A stretch of 63,391 nucleotides of DNA, filler included, from Reclinomonas americana ATCC 50394 (taxonomy: Eukaryota), in assembly GCA_048213135.1 (NCBI GenBank). It is 8 parts of 5 records of this genome, joined end to end, with 100 filler letters (N's around TTAATTAATTAA, not from the genome) between each part and the next. Parts side by side here need not be neighbours in the genome. Positions count along the whole stretch, not along the records: positions 1 to 25,335 come from PS015408.1; 7 more parts are not named here. The stretch is one strand, 5' to 3'. The notes beneath the pieces are model-generated. The model did not search any database and was not told the DNA's origin. It saw only the letters and a list, made by a program, of their open reading frames with translations. Shown here piece after piece: positions 1-12,766 of this stretch. Position 1 is the stretch's first letter. Each line of letters starts with the position of its first letter. The translations under genes were made by a program, and so were the position numbers.

Positions 1-767
1 CGATATCAACAACAAGTGAAACGTAACGGCACGAAACTTGCGACTTCTTTACAGGAAGGACACCAGCACTGACTGACATATACTCCAGCTCATCACCACC
101 GAGCATCGCCCGCTGCTGCACCAGAAGCCGCACCTGTGCACCATCGCCGTGTCAGTGGAAATCTGCTGCCATATGCATGTCAAAAACCACGTAACTGAAG
201 CGCCTGGCAACTCACCGCACCGTGTGCGACTCTGCCGCAACACATCCCCGTACCTACCCAACAACAATCTACCCCACAAAAAGTCACTGCATACGTTTGT
301 AACACAAGTGACACCATCGGAGATTTGTACCTCAAATTCGTTTCCAACTCTGCGCATGCGACAGAACCAGGTGCCATGAACAACCATGATATCATACTGC
401 GCGCTTCTGTTCCCGACTGCAACGCATGCCACACAACGCCTGCTATCATGCACACAGAGAGAGAGATGATAATGATGCAATCTTCTATCTTCCTCACACT
501 CTCCACATCACACTGAATCTATCGTCGTCCTCGATTGAGATCCATGCCGAACACAAACAGACATTCTCTCAATCTCTCTCCATCTCACACACACCGCCTG
601 CAGAGTGATGCATCGCCGTCGACATCTCTTCATTCGACAAGCCACATCGATAAAAAAAAATAAGGGCACAGAAAAGAAACACAAAGAGCACACGTCCAAA
701 AACTCTTGAATCTTCAACAATCGAAAGAGGCACATTGTACACAGACACACACTGACGCAGCGCATTA

Positions 768-3700
768 TCACGTGTTGGTGCTCTCGCGAACCACCGACCG
801 CACCACTTCTGTTCGCTCCACCACGGCGCCACTCGAGCCGGTTCCACTCATCATCTCCAGCCGCTCACGCTCCGCCAGCAAGTGGAGACTCTCGTTGAGC
901 TCCTGCCGTGTCCGTTGCAGCTGGTCAGTGAGACCGCGGATTCGTTCCTCGCTCTTGGCGAGGATCTCGTCGCGCTCCCGCTCCAGGCTGTCAAAGCACT
1001 GGTCGGACACCTTCAATAGCTCCTCCAACTCGGTGCACTTGGCGCCGAGGCTGTCGCGCTCCGTGCGCAGCAGTTCCACGGATTCCACGGCGCGCTTGTG
1101 TTTGAGTTCGGTGGAGGAGACCGCCTCCTCCTTCTTGAGTGCCAGTTCGCGGTAGCGGCTCAGCTGAGAGTGGGGAAGGGAAATGAGGGAAAGGGGTAAA
1201 GGGGAGGGAAGGGGGAATGAAGGGAAAGGGTTGAAGGGGGGAGAAGGGGAAGGGTGGACGGGGGAAGGGGAAGGGTGCAGGGTGGAGGGTGGAGGGTTGA
1301 AAGGGTGGAGGGATGGAAAAGGTGGAAGGTTGGAAGAAGGTGAAGGGTTGAAAGAGTGGAGGGTTGCAGAGGGTAAAGAGTTGAGGGTGAAGGGTTGGAG
1401 AGAGTAGAGGGTTGGGGTGAGGGGTTGAAATGGCGGAGGGATGAGGGTGGACGATTGGAAAACGGTGAGCGTTGGGAGTGGGGGAGGCTTGGAGAAGGTG
1501 GAGGGTTGGAGAAGGGTGGAGAGGGGGAAGGGTGGAGGGTGGAGAGAAAAGGGTTGAAAGGGGAGGGTTGGAAACGACGGTTGAGAGAGGGAAAAAGGTT
1601 GAGAGCAATTGGGAATTGGTGGAGAGTTGGAAAGGTGGAGAGTTGGAAAGGTGGAGGGTTAGAGAAGGGTGGAGGATGGAGGGCGGAGAGGGGGAAGGGT
1701 GGTGGAAGGCTGTAGAGGGTGGAGGGTTGGGAGGGTGAAGAGTTGAAATGATGAAGGGTTGCAAGAGTGGAGGGTTGCAAAGGGTTGAGGGTTGAAGAGT
1801 GGTGAGGGGTGGGTTGAAATGGTGGAGGGATGAGGTTGAAGGATTGGGAAAGGGCGAAGGGTTGGAGAGGGTAAAGGGTTGAGAGCGGGTGGAGGGTTGA
1901 AAGGGGAGGGTTGGGAAAGGGTGGAGGATTGGGAGAGGGCGAAGGATGGAGGGTGGAGAGGGGGTAGGGTAGAGGGTTGAGGGTGGAGGGTGGAGAGTAA
2001 AGGTTTGAAAGGAGGTGGGTTGGGAAAGGGTGAAGGGTTGGGAAAGGGTGAGGGGTTGAAAGGGGAGGGTTGGAAAGGTGGAGCTCCCATCCGCTCTTTC
2101 CCAACCCTCCTTCCATTCGCAACCGTCCGTCCATGACCCTTCATCCTCCACCCCTTCAACCCTCTACCCTTTCCCAACACCTCCCCTTCAAATCTCCACC
2201 CTCTCCCAACCCTTTCAACCAGGGTGCAGGGTTGGAAAAGGGTCAAAGATGCTGTTTCTACCCAATCCTCTCTCACTCTCTCTCTCTCTTGCACACACAA
2301 ACCTCCTTCTCCAGCGCATTGAATCGACCCTTCCACTCCAGCAGCTCCGCCTGCAGTGCCTCGGCGTGTCGCTCCTCCATGTCGGCACGCTTCGCCTCTC
2401 GATTCCGCTGTTCTTCGCTGTCGTGGCGTGCCAACTTCAATGCAATCGAAATGAGATCACTCACCACGGAGTTCACAACAAGGGGAACATCAACGCACAT
2501 CCTTTTGTCGCAGACGAGCCTCAAGAGCGTCGATGCTGTCCTTCAGCGCCCTGTTGTCCTGCGCCAACTTGGTCGCACGCATGCGCTCCTCGTCGGCGGC
2601 CGCCGTCTGTCACATTTGCGGTAAGGGAACGATCACAAAGCAGCCAAGGGGTGGAGTGGGCGCAACTCTCGATCGCAGATCCTCCTGTCCTGTGCGCAGG
2701 AACTCGGTCAAGTCCTTGACACGGTCGGAGAGGCTCTGCACCTCGGCAGTGCGGCGATCCACCAGGTCTGTTTGCTCCGTCAACCGCCTCTGCAGCGATG
2801 TGTTTTCCTCACGCAACCGAGCCGCCTCCGACTCCTTGGCTCTGCGATACGAGGACAGTCAGCAGGCAACACCACCTAAGCGACTTACTAAAGATGCGCA
2901 ACTGAATCTCCAATCGTCTCGCGTTCTCCGTTGTGTACAAGGCCGACGTGTTTTGCGCTAGTTCCTTCTCGGCGCGCTCCACCAGTACCGACAGATCGGC
3001 GATTTCCTGCGGGGAGATGAGAGTAAAAACAATGGCCTCCCCANNNNNNNNNNNNNNNNNNNNNNNNNNNNNNNNNNNNNNNNNNNNNNNNNNNNNNNNN
3101 NNNNNNNNNNNNNNNNNNNNNNNNNNNNNNNNNNNNNNNNNNNNNNNNNNNNNNNNNNNNNNNNNNNNNNNNNNNNNNNNNNNNNNNNNNNNNNNNNNNN
3201 NNNNNNNNNNNNNNNNNNNNNNCCACATTCTCATTCACATCACACACCTGCTCACGCGCTGCCTTGGCGCTCTCGAGCTGCGCAATGTTATCTTGGAGGG
3301 CTGCAATCTGACGTCTGGAGTCGTTCAGCTGCCCTTCGAGGCCGGCCTTGGCTGCTGCGCTGCGGGCGAGCTCAGCAGTCAGCTCCTCCACGGTGTGCTG
3401 TGTCTCGCGCAGTTCGTGCTCCAGGCGGCCGTTGCGGTCTTCCAGGTCGGCGGACTGATGAAGGGGAAGGAGACGGGAGAGGGGAAGGGGGAGGAAAGGA
3501 GAAGGGGGAGAAAGGAGAAGAGACGGTGAAGGGGAAGAAAACGAGAAGGTGAGGAGAAGCCTTCTTTCTCTTCTACCCTCTGAAGACTCACCCTATCACC
3601 CGCCCGATCACGCTCCTGCTGCGCCTCGTGTCTCTCGCGAATCGCATCGGCGCGATCCTGCTCGGCGCCAGTGATGCGGTTCCTCAGCGAAGCAATCTCC

Positions 3701-4318
3701 ATGGTCGTCGTGTCCTTCAACTCGGCGTACTCCTGCGTCGACAGAGTGAGGAGGCGCGAGTCGCTCGCACAATGTGGCAATTTTCTCTCACCTTGTCCTT
3801 CTTGTGAATGGCCGCATTCAGCGTCTGCACGCGCATGCGCAGCGTCTCCAAACGCTCGTCACGCTCCTCGCGGTCGCGACGAATCTCCTCCATGGAACGC
3901 GAGTACTCTTCCTGCGATTCGTTGGCGCGTCGCTTCCACTGATCAATCTCCAGCTGCGCCTTTTGCAGACGACGGCACAACACGTCGCTCTCCTCGGTTT
4001 GCGACTTCCACAGGTTGGTGACGCGCTCCAGCTGTGGTCAATGAATAAGTGAGTGGCGGGGGGGAAAGAGTGGGAGGGAGTGAGGGAAGTCGAACCTCGG
4101 CGTTGGACTTGTCGAGGAAGTCGCTCAGCTCGGCCACTTGTTGCTCCCAGTAGCGACTGCGGAAGGGGGGAAGGGAGGTGAGATGGAAAAAAGGGAAAGG
4201 GTGCGGCGGATAGGAGACGCAACTTGGCCTCCTGCAGCTGTCTTGGCGAGGCGCTTTCGAGTTCTTGTCGCATCTGGGGAGGAGAGGAAGGAAGTGAGCC
4301 AGAGAGGGAAGAGATGAG

Positions 4319-4355
<37 letters not shown>

Positions 4356-7300
4356 AAGAGAGCAACCGAGACAACACGGCCCAACAGACAGAAAAATCAA
4401 GACACAGATACAAATCCATCTGTTGCTGTCACCAGACCCTCCTCCCGTCCCAATTATCGCCCGCTCCTTCCCCTTCCCCTTTTCGCACTTCCCCTTTTCG
4501 CCCTTCCCCGCACCGCCATTTTCGCCCTTCCTCATTTCTTCCCCTCTTCCGCCCTTCCCCATTTCTTCCCCTCTTCCGCCCTTCTCCATTTCTTCCCCCT
4601 CTTCCCCATTTCTTCCCCTTTTCAACCCTTTCCCTCAACAAACCTTCACCACCGTGCTCTCCAAACTCGTCTTGCTGCGCGCCACGGCCGTCGAATTCTC
4701 CTTCGAGGCCTTCAGCTGCTGCTTCAACTCCGCCACCTGCTCGTTCCACTGCTCGCACTCGTTCACTCGCGACTTGTACGCCGACTCCATGCGATCGCGC
4801 TCCGACGTCACAATGCGAAGGCGGTCGGCAAGCAGCGACATGGTGTGCTTGTTGGCGTGCACCTTGTCCTCCAACTGTGTGTCGTGCGCAGCGTCAGAGG
4901 ACAAATTACTGTTTGCGCGACAGTGGCCTCATTTAGAAACGCACCTGCTGCACGGCTGCCGCGTACTGGTTCATGCGCTGAATGGTCAGGTGGAAGAGCT
5001 CGACCATGGCCGAGACCTTGTCGCTGTCGGGCAGGTTGCGTTCGATAAGCTCGCCACACCGGTGCACGAGGTCCGAGTGTGAAATGTCGGTGAGCTTGGG
5101 TGCGGGGCCGCCGGCCAGGCTTGCGTAGTCAACCGAGACGGGGAGGGAGGCGAGGAGGGCGCTGGGGAGGGGAAGGGGGGAAGGGGGAAGGGGAAGGGGG
5201 ACTGTGAGAAGGAGAGGCAAAGAGAGAGAGAGAGAGAGAAAGAGAGGGAAGAGAAAGAGACGGTACGGGAGACGAGATAAGGGTGAACGAAAGAGAGCGA
5301 CAGAGAGAAACAGAAAGAACGAGGGAGTGAAAGAGAGAGGGAGAGGAAGAGACGGGAGAAAAGGAGAGAAAACCAGAGTGACAACTCGGGAGTGAGTGTG
5401 AGAGAGAGAGAACGAGAAAGAGAGCGGGAGCGAGTGAGTAAGAGACGGTAAGGGAGACAAGAAGAGCAAGAGATAAGGGTGAACGAAAGAGAGCGACAGA
5501 GAGAAAAAGAAAGAACGAGGGAGTGAAAGAGAGAGGGAGAGGAAGAGACGAGAGAAAAGAGAGAAAACCAGAGAGTGACAACTCGGGAGTGAGTGTGTGA
5601 GAGAGAGAGAGAACGAGAAAGAGAGCGGGAGCGAGTGATTAATCGTCTCTCTCTCTGTTGCTTTCTCTCTCATACACACACTCGCTTGTTTTCTCTCTAT
5701 CTCTGCCTCTCTCGCTCGCGCCTTATCTCTTTCTTTGTTTTTCTCGTTCTCTCTTTCCCTCGCTCTCGTGCTCTCTAAATCTTTTCTCTTTCGCTCGCGC
5801 TTTGTCTCTCTCGCTCTCCTTCTCTCTCACTGTCCCTCTCTCACTCTCTCTCTCTCTCTCTTCCTTTCTCTTTCTCTCGTTGTTATCCTGTCGCATTCTG
5901 TTTTTCTCTCTCACGCTCTCGCTCGCTTTCTGTCTTACGCGCGCGAGCAAGAGAAAGTGAGAGTGAGAGAGAGTGAAAGCGACAGTGAGAGAGAACGAGA
6001 GTGAAAATGAGAGCGAGAGAGAAAGGAGAGCGAGAGACAGGAGAGCAAGACAGTAAGTGTGAGCGAAAGAGAAAGAGAGCGAAAGAGACAAAGCGCGAGC
6101 GAAAGAGAAAAGGCAAGAGAGTGAAGCAAGAGAGAGCGAAACAAACAAAGCGAGAAAGAGAGATTAGGCGCGAGTGAGGGAGGCAGAGAGTGAGAGTGTA
6201 TGAGAGAAAGAGAGCGAGAAAAAGAATGAGAGCGGAGAGAGGAAAAGTGAGAGAGGTGAGAGACGCGAATGGATGAGGGACGCAACGACGTGGCACTGCT
6301 TGTTGCTCCGCTGCTGCCACCGTCTGCGTATTGCCGAGCGGGAGCGGGCACTGAGAAGTCCATTTCGCTGCGGAGAGGGAGAAGGGGGAAGAGGTGAGTC
6401 AACAGGAAGGGCGTGGGCGGCGTAATGAGTAAGACAGGGGAGAATGAGAATGACAGTGGCCCAGAGCTTTGGAAGAAGACAGAGTAGGGGAGAGGTGGAG
6501 GTGAAGAAGTAGTGCAAGGCAGATGCGCCAACGATTCACCCATGCTTGCGACGTAGCGTGGGAGATGAGTGTACTTACCCGCGCTGATGGGTGCAGGCAA
6601 CGACTCTCGAGTGACAGAATGAAAGGCACGGAAAGCAAGAGAGAAGGGAGAGTGCATGCGTGTATTCGACTATCTATCATCCCCCACTTCCCTTACCCCT
6701 CCCTCGCCCTTTCCCTCTCTTCCTCATCACTCACCGCCCCGACCCACTGCCATTGGCATACCCCACATGATCGTCAAACAGCGAGCCATCCTCCCCCGCC
6801 AACGCCGACAGCGTCAGCCCGGCGGCGCGCTGACTCGAGCCACCGCGATTCTGCGTCAGCAATGAGAAGGAGAGTCACAACACACTTCTTCACCCTTCTC
6901 CGCGCAAAAAACTCACCACCACCTCCTCTCCGGCCTCGGCACCGGCGAGCGGATGCGGTGAGCGTTTCCGCAGCGTGTACATGATCTGGTCGACCTGCGA
7001 CTCTGGCAGAGAGTTGTACGAAATGTCAATGGTGGTGATGGTGTTGTTGACTTGGAGGGTGTTGAGCACGGCGACGCCGGAGCGGTAGCCGCAAAAGTTG
7101 TTGTTGAGGGCGAGAGTGGTGAGGATGTGGTTGCTCTGGAGGGCGGAGACGAGGCGGACGACGCCCTTGTCGCCCATGCGGTTGTTGCCGAGGAGGAGGG
7201 TGCGGAGGTGGGTGTTGGTGTCGTTTTCGAGGGCCAGGGCGATCTGCAAAAGGGAGAGGGAAATGTAAGGGAAATATAAGGGAAGGGGGGTAGAAGGGAA

Positions 7301-10300
7301 AAGGGAAGGGGGAAGAGAAAGGGGGAAAGGGGGAGAAGGGAAAAAGGGATGCAAGGGAAAGGGGGAGAAGGGAAAGAGAGAGAAAGGAAAGGGATGCAAG
7401 AGAACGGGATGCAAGGGGAAGGGATCTGAGGGAAAGCGATAGAAGAGTAAGCAACAGAAGGGAGTCGTAGGGCGAAAAGACAGAATGCAAGCGAATATGA
7501 GAGCGAGGCAAGCTTGCAATTATTGGCATAGCATGAAGAAAGGCGAAGAGATGAAAACGAAAGAGAGAGAGAGAGAGAGAGAGAAGGCGCAGCCGTTCGA
7601 GAAAATGGACGGCCAGGAAACTGCAGACTGAAGATGAAAAATTGGAACGAGAGCGAGCAGACAGTCTCGGATCGTAAGTTGAAGCAGAGGAAAGTCAGGG
7701 AACGAAGACGGGTAGGGTGGCACAGCGTGCTGAAGGGAGCGAGAATGAGATGGAGAAGTGGGACAGAGATGAAGAATGCAAACTGAGAGTGCGGGGAGAG
7801 CGGGCAGAGATATGAGGCACAATCGTGAGAACGTGATGGGAGACAGCAATGAGACTGAGGGAACAATGAAGCAGGAGGGAAGAGATCGAAGAAAAGCAGC
7901 GCAGAGGATGGCGGGCGAGCGTCACGAAGAGAATCACACGACGAAGGATAACCGCCTTCCCTCCGCCTTTCCCTTTTTACACGCAACTGCCGCCGCGGCC
8001 TCCTGCTCCAGCTTGTTGTTCGACAAATCGAGCTTGGTCAGCAGCGGGTCGGCCTGCAGGGCGCGACCAATGGCCGCACCGCCGGCGTCCTGAATGTTGC
8101 AGTCGTCGAGCAGGAGGCAGCGCAGTGGCCGCGCATCCTTCAGCACCAGGGCCAGTGATTCCACGCCGGCGGGGGCCAAGGAGTATCGCTCCACCACGAC
8201 CTTGCAGAGGGCCTCCAGGAACGGGAGGGCCTGGCTAAAGGCGCGGACGTCTGTGTGGGGCTGATATGAGAAGGAGAAGGAGGAGGGGAAGTAGGGGGTG
8301 GTGATGAGAAGGAACCTTCGCTGCTGGGCTTGGAGGCGGCGAGGGAAAAGGTGATTTCTGCGTCGCCGCCGGCCTCCTGGAGCACGCGGAGGACCTCGCC
8401 GAGTGGTCGGATGTTGGCCTGCGCGCACATGCCGAGGTAGCGCTCGATGAACTCGCCTGGCGGGAGGGGGAGGGTGAGAGGGAGGTTGAGGGCAACGGGG
8501 GAAGGGGAGGGAATGTACCGTGAGCGGCATCGAATGCTTCGCGGCGGATTTGGAGGGCGGTGCCGGCGCCGGCGGGGGAGGCCTGTGGCGGGGCAGGGAT
8601 GTGAGTGAGAGGAGAAAGAGGCAGATGGGTGAAGGGAGGCGATATACGAGGGGAGGACGGTGAGGGCAACACGGCAGTGGGAGCGCAAACGCAGACGAAG
8701 ATTGAGTTGAGATGAGGCGCGAGAGGAACAACGAGAGGCCGACAGGGTGCAGTGAGTGATGAGCAACAAAGGACAGTGACCACGGGTGAGACGAACGAGG
8801 AAGGCAAAAGTGCGACCGACGACACAGAAGAGACGTGAGGACGACAGTGACGTGAAGGTGGTGGGCATACGAGTGGCAGCAACGAATGTGGTGCAAGACA
8901 AGACGAACGATGGAGGCAAAGAATCAAGTGATGGGCAACGGAGGCAAAAGTCAGGAACGAGGAGGATGACAGGATGCCAGTTTGGAGAAGAGAGGCACGA
9001 GCGGAGGAGATCAACAAGGAATGAGAGTTGCAGCCTGTCGAGACCTGAGCAACGCGGATGCTTTTGCCAGTGAGTGCCAGAATGGAGAGGGAGTGGGAGG
9101 GCGAGGCAAAATGGAGAGGGAGTGCGAAAAGGTGATACGAGAGGCACGAACGGAGGAGATCAATAAGGAGAGAGAGTTGCAGCAGGCCGAGCTCTGAGAA
9201 ANNNNNNNNNNNNNNNNNNNNNNNNNNNNNNNNNNNNNNNNNNNNNNNNNNNNNNNNNNNNNNNNNNNNNNNNNNNNNNNNNNNNNNNNNNNNNNNNNNN
9301 NNNNNNNNNNNNNNNNNNNNNNNNNNNNNNNNNNNNNNNNNNNNNNNNNNNNNNNNNNNNNNNNNNNNNNNNNNNNNNNNNNNNNNNNNNNNNNNNNNNN
9401 NNNNNNNNNNNNNNNNNNNNNNNNNNNNNNNNNNNNNNNNNNNNNNNNNNNNNNNNNNNNNNNNNNNNNNNNNNNNNNNNNNNNNNNNNNNNNNNNNNNN
9501 NNNNNNNNNNNNNNNNNNNNNNNNNNNNNNNNNNNNNNNNNNNNNNNNNNNNNNNNNNNNNNNNNNNNNNNNNNNNNNNNNNNNNNNNNNNNNNNNNNNN
9601 NNNNNNNNNNNNNNNNNNNNNNNNNNNNNNNNNNNNNNNNNNNNNNNNNNNNNNNNNNNNNNNNNNNNNNNNNNNNNNNNNNNNNNNNNNNNNNNNNNNN
9701 NNNNNNNNNNNNNNNNNNNNNNNNNNNNNNNNNNNNNNNNNNNNNNNNNNNNNNNNNNNNNNNNNNNNNNNNNNNNNNNNNNNNNNNNNNNNNNNNNNNN
9801 NNNNNNNNNNNNNNNTGAAGAGCGAGGAAATCGGCAAGGAAAGAGTTGAGCTCTGAATGCGCTTGCCAGTGAATGAATGCGAGTGCAGTAAGTGAGTGAG
9901 TGTGAGCGTGTGAGACACAGACTGCGTGCGAGAGAGACTGCGTGTGAGAGAGTGGAGAGTGTGGAGAGTGAGAGTGGAGAGTGAGAGAGTGGAGAGTGAG
10001 AGAGTGGCGAGTGAGTGAGAGAGAGAGAGTGTGTGTGTGTGCATGTGTGTGTGTGTGTGTCTGTGTGTGTCTGTGTGTGTCTGTGTGTGTCTGTGTGTGT
10101 GTGTGTCTGTGTGTGTATGTGTGTGTGTGTGAAGCAGAGAGAGGATGCGACTCACTACATTTGAGAGAATGCGTGAGCGAAACCGCGTGTGTGAGAGAGA
10201 GAGAGTGTGCATGTGTGTTGGTGTCAGAGAGCGAGCGAGGGCAAGAGAGTGAGACTGAGTGAGAGACTGTGACTCCGTACATGAGAGACTGCGAGACTGA

Positions 10301-10567
10301 GTGTGTGAGACTGCGCCACAAATCGCTCACACGCATTCTCCTTCTCTCTCTCTCTCTCCCCTTGTGCCCCCTTCTCTCCTCACTCTCTCTCCTCTCACAC
10401 AAACCTGCGGGGAGAGCACACGACGAGCGCGATTGCTCGAGGTGGGCGTCGAACCGCTCTGCAGCTGCTTGCCTGTGAAGCAAAGAGAGAGAGAGAGTGA
10501 GCAGTGTGTCACACTCTTTGAGAGAGAGCAGAGAGAGCCACTCACCGAATCGCTGTGCGTAACTCAT
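768..10567 (-). CDS. RNI-like LRR + long coiled-coil protein (LRRC45-like); about 20 exons, some lost in gaps; could be two genes split near 6731
   Basis: Phase-consistent GT-AG exon chain: MSYAQRF|GKQLQSGSTPT...|...GEFIERYLGMCAQANIRPLGEVLRVLQE...LRCLLLDDCNIQDAGGAAIGRALQADPLLTKLDLSNNKL|IALALENDTNTHLRTLLLGNNRMGDKG.... This is followed by E/R/Q/L-rich heptad exons from 6367 down to a stop at 768. The LRR-to-coiled-coil junction is inferred from donor CG|GTGAGT at 6734 joining phase-2 acceptor CAG|C at 6367; the alternative is a TGA stop at 6731-6733. The 'F..Y...C......P...VL' N-terminus plus LRR plus coiled coil recalls LRRC45. Confidence 0.7.
1165..2245. repeat. Intronic degenerate G-rich GGGTTGA/GGGTGGA telomere-like array with a strand switch near 2085
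   Basis: Dozens of GGGTTG(G)A(A)/GGGTGGA units from 1220 to 2080, then the C-rich complement (CAACCC/CCACCC) from 2090 to 2220. Confidence 0.8.
5660..6215. repeat. Long imperfect inverted repeat (foldback) inside an intron
   Basis: 5781-5830 CTTTTCTCTTTCGCTCGCGCTTTGTCTCT... is the reverse complement of ~6061-6111. 5661-5735 (catacac...ctctgcctctctcgctcgcgccttatc) pairs with ~6147-6215. The centre is near 5940. Confidence 0.75.
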
Positions 10568-10902
10568 CCGACCAAAGACGGGACCGATATACACACACAC
10601 TCAATCTGTGTGAGCAGCAAGTGTGAGCGAGTGTGCAAAAAGAGCGCACACAATGAGGAGGTGACGCACTCAGCGGGCCCGCACGAGTTGTGTTGTGAGA
10701 GAGAGCCGCTTGCGAGCAACTGTCCAATCGACATTGGTTTTCGTGTTGCCTTTTGTCTGTGAGGGAGTGTTGTTGGATGCAGTGTGAGCTGCATAGGCAT
10801 GCGCTGGGCGTGAGGGAAGGAGAAGGAGAGTGGCGCTGGTTTTTCAGTGGTGGTGAGAGGGCATGGGTGCGGTACGAAACCCCGATTTGGCATATGTGCT
10901 AC

Positions 10903-10973
10903 ACACCTGTAGTCTAACGGTATGACGATTGCTTGCCATGCAGTAGGACCGGGTTCAATTCCCGGCAGGTGTA
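10903..10973 (+). tRNA. tRNA-Gly (anticodon GCC)
   Basis: Acceptor stem ACACCTG/CAGGTGT, D arm GTC..GAC with GG in the loop, anticodon stem ATTGC/GCAGT with loop TTGCCAT, T arm CCGGG-TTCAATT-CCCGG, discriminator A. A T-run (Pol III terminator) follows at ~10976-11000. Confidence 0.93.
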
Positions 10974-11654
10974 TCTTCTTTTTTATTTTTTTTATTTTTC
11001 TTTGACAGAAGAAGCATGCCAACGCCAACCATCAACACAAATAGGTGTGTTGAGGGCAGCGATAGCATTATTTTTGCGTGTGTTCGCGCTCGGAGGTTCG
11101 AACAAGTTGAAAAAACTGCAATCCGCACCACAAACCGTGCGTTTTGCAAGCCAAGAACTGTGCATGCCAGGTCCGGATCCGTGAGTTGGAAGCGGTGTAT
11201 CACGAGAACGCTGGGTGCCGGTGACGCTGCACGCACTGCCGGGACCAGCTGTTGCGAATTCGAATTCGAAGCCGCGAGTGAAACGCACGAAACAGAAAGT
11301 GGCGACGGGAGAAAGAAAGTGGCTTAGCGTACACGGTGCATTTTGTCCAGCACTTCCGTCAGAAAGCTGCGCAATTGACTTTCGTTCGATTTCTTCTCAA
11401 TATTTATTTTTCCTTGTCTTTTCTCTTGACGCCCAAGCTCTTCTGCAAATCGCATTCATTTAACACACTCCCTCTCCCCCTCTCGCCTCTTCCGCACCCG
11501 CCCCTTCCCCCGCCACCGAGACAACTCTTTTCCCACCAACACTCCATTCAGTCGATCCCTCCTGTCCAAAAGCCTCACTTTTCTTTCACGCTCCCCTTGC
11601 GCGCGATCCTCTTCCACCCCTCAACCCTTCACTTCTCCACCAACACACATCATC

Positions 11655-12010
11655 ATGGCCTCTTCATCTTCATCGCCGTCCATTTGCGGTGCCTTCGCGG
11701 AGGAAATGGATGCCACCATTGTGCGTCTGTGCTGAGATTCCCTGACGCAAACAACACAAAAATGCTCATCTTCATCCTCAGACGGCCATCATTGCCCCGG
11801 GTCGCGGCATCCTCGCTGCTGACGAGAGCACTGGCACCATTGGCAAGCGCTTCGAGTCGATCAACTTGCCCAACACGGTGTGTGTGTCTTCGCGCGTAAA
11901 CAAAAGTGCGTGCCATGTCGCACCACCCCTGCTCACTGTTGTCTTCCGTGCGTGCGTGCAGGAGGACAACCGCCGCGCCTACCGCACGCTGCTGTTCACC
12001 ACCCCCGGAG
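11655..12010 (+). CDS. FBA: Fructose-bisphosphate aldolase class I, 5' part only (exons 11655-11720, 11782-11877, 11962-12010)
   Basis: Spliced translation [70 protein letters not shown] contains the class I aldolase signature [14 protein letters not shown]. The remaining exons are not visible. Confidence 0.93.
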
Positions 12011-12339
12011 GTTTGCTTGCGTGTTGTTTGTGGCGGGGGTGATGGCCATTGCGAAATGGCGCACTTGTCTCTCTCCGCGCGCGCGCGCACTTTCTCTTTC
12101 TCTCTCTCTCTTCTCTCGCTGCGTGCTTGTGCTCTTGTCGTCGTGCATTAGTGTCATGATGGGTGTGCGCGTCATGATGCTCTTTCTCCCGACTGGTGCA
12201 CCAAGATCCGGTGATTCTGTGCTCATTATTTTGATTGCCTGTCTTGCCGTGTGCGCATCTTTACTCAGTGGTCACTGATGTGGAGTAGAAACACGCGCTT
12301 TTCGTGTTCTCCTGGTTGTGTGGGCTGTTTCTGTCTTTT

Positions 12340-12766
12340 CTTGTTTTCTATGTCGAGGTGCAGCACTCGATTGCTTTTCTCGTTCCTCGCCCTTCGTGCG
12401 TTGCTTCTTGCAACAGTCGTCCTGGTGCACGCCAGCTCTTGTAGACGCTGCCTGCTCCTCCTTCTCGCTGTCGTCGTGCTCCGCAAGTCTCTTTTAGTTT
12501 CCTGTTTTCCGTGTCGAGGTGCAGCAGTCGCCTTTGCTGCGTGCCTTCTCGTCTCTCCGTCCTTTCTTGTCATTGGGTTTCTCCGTCTCCACCTGCCTCT
12601 GCTCGTTCCCTCTGCCAGCCACCGATCGATGAGTCGGCGAATCTCCGCATGTTCTTGTTTTCCGTGTCGAGGTGCAGCAGTCGCCTTTGCTGCGTGCCTC
12701 GTCTCTCCTTCCTTCGTTGCCTCTGATCGTCTCTCTCTCCACCTGCCTCTGCTCGTTCCCTCTGTC
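12340..12766. repeat. Degenerate ~155-bp tandem repeat, about 3 copies
   Basis: TGTCGAGGTGCAGCA recurs at ~12351, 12512 and 12665; CCACCTGCCTCTGCTCGTTCCCTCTG occurs twice. Confidence 0.75.

Noticed and set aside
49..650. ORFs at the window start, with faint WD-like words (VACVAV, GVTCVT)
   Set aside because: No coherent repeat, exon chain or motif could be supported.
991..2151. Long Pro/Ser/Leu-rich ORFs (also 61359-63260, 33265-34313 and N-spanning ORFs)
   Set aside because: Stop-free only because of low-complexity intronic repeats or N runs; no domain content.
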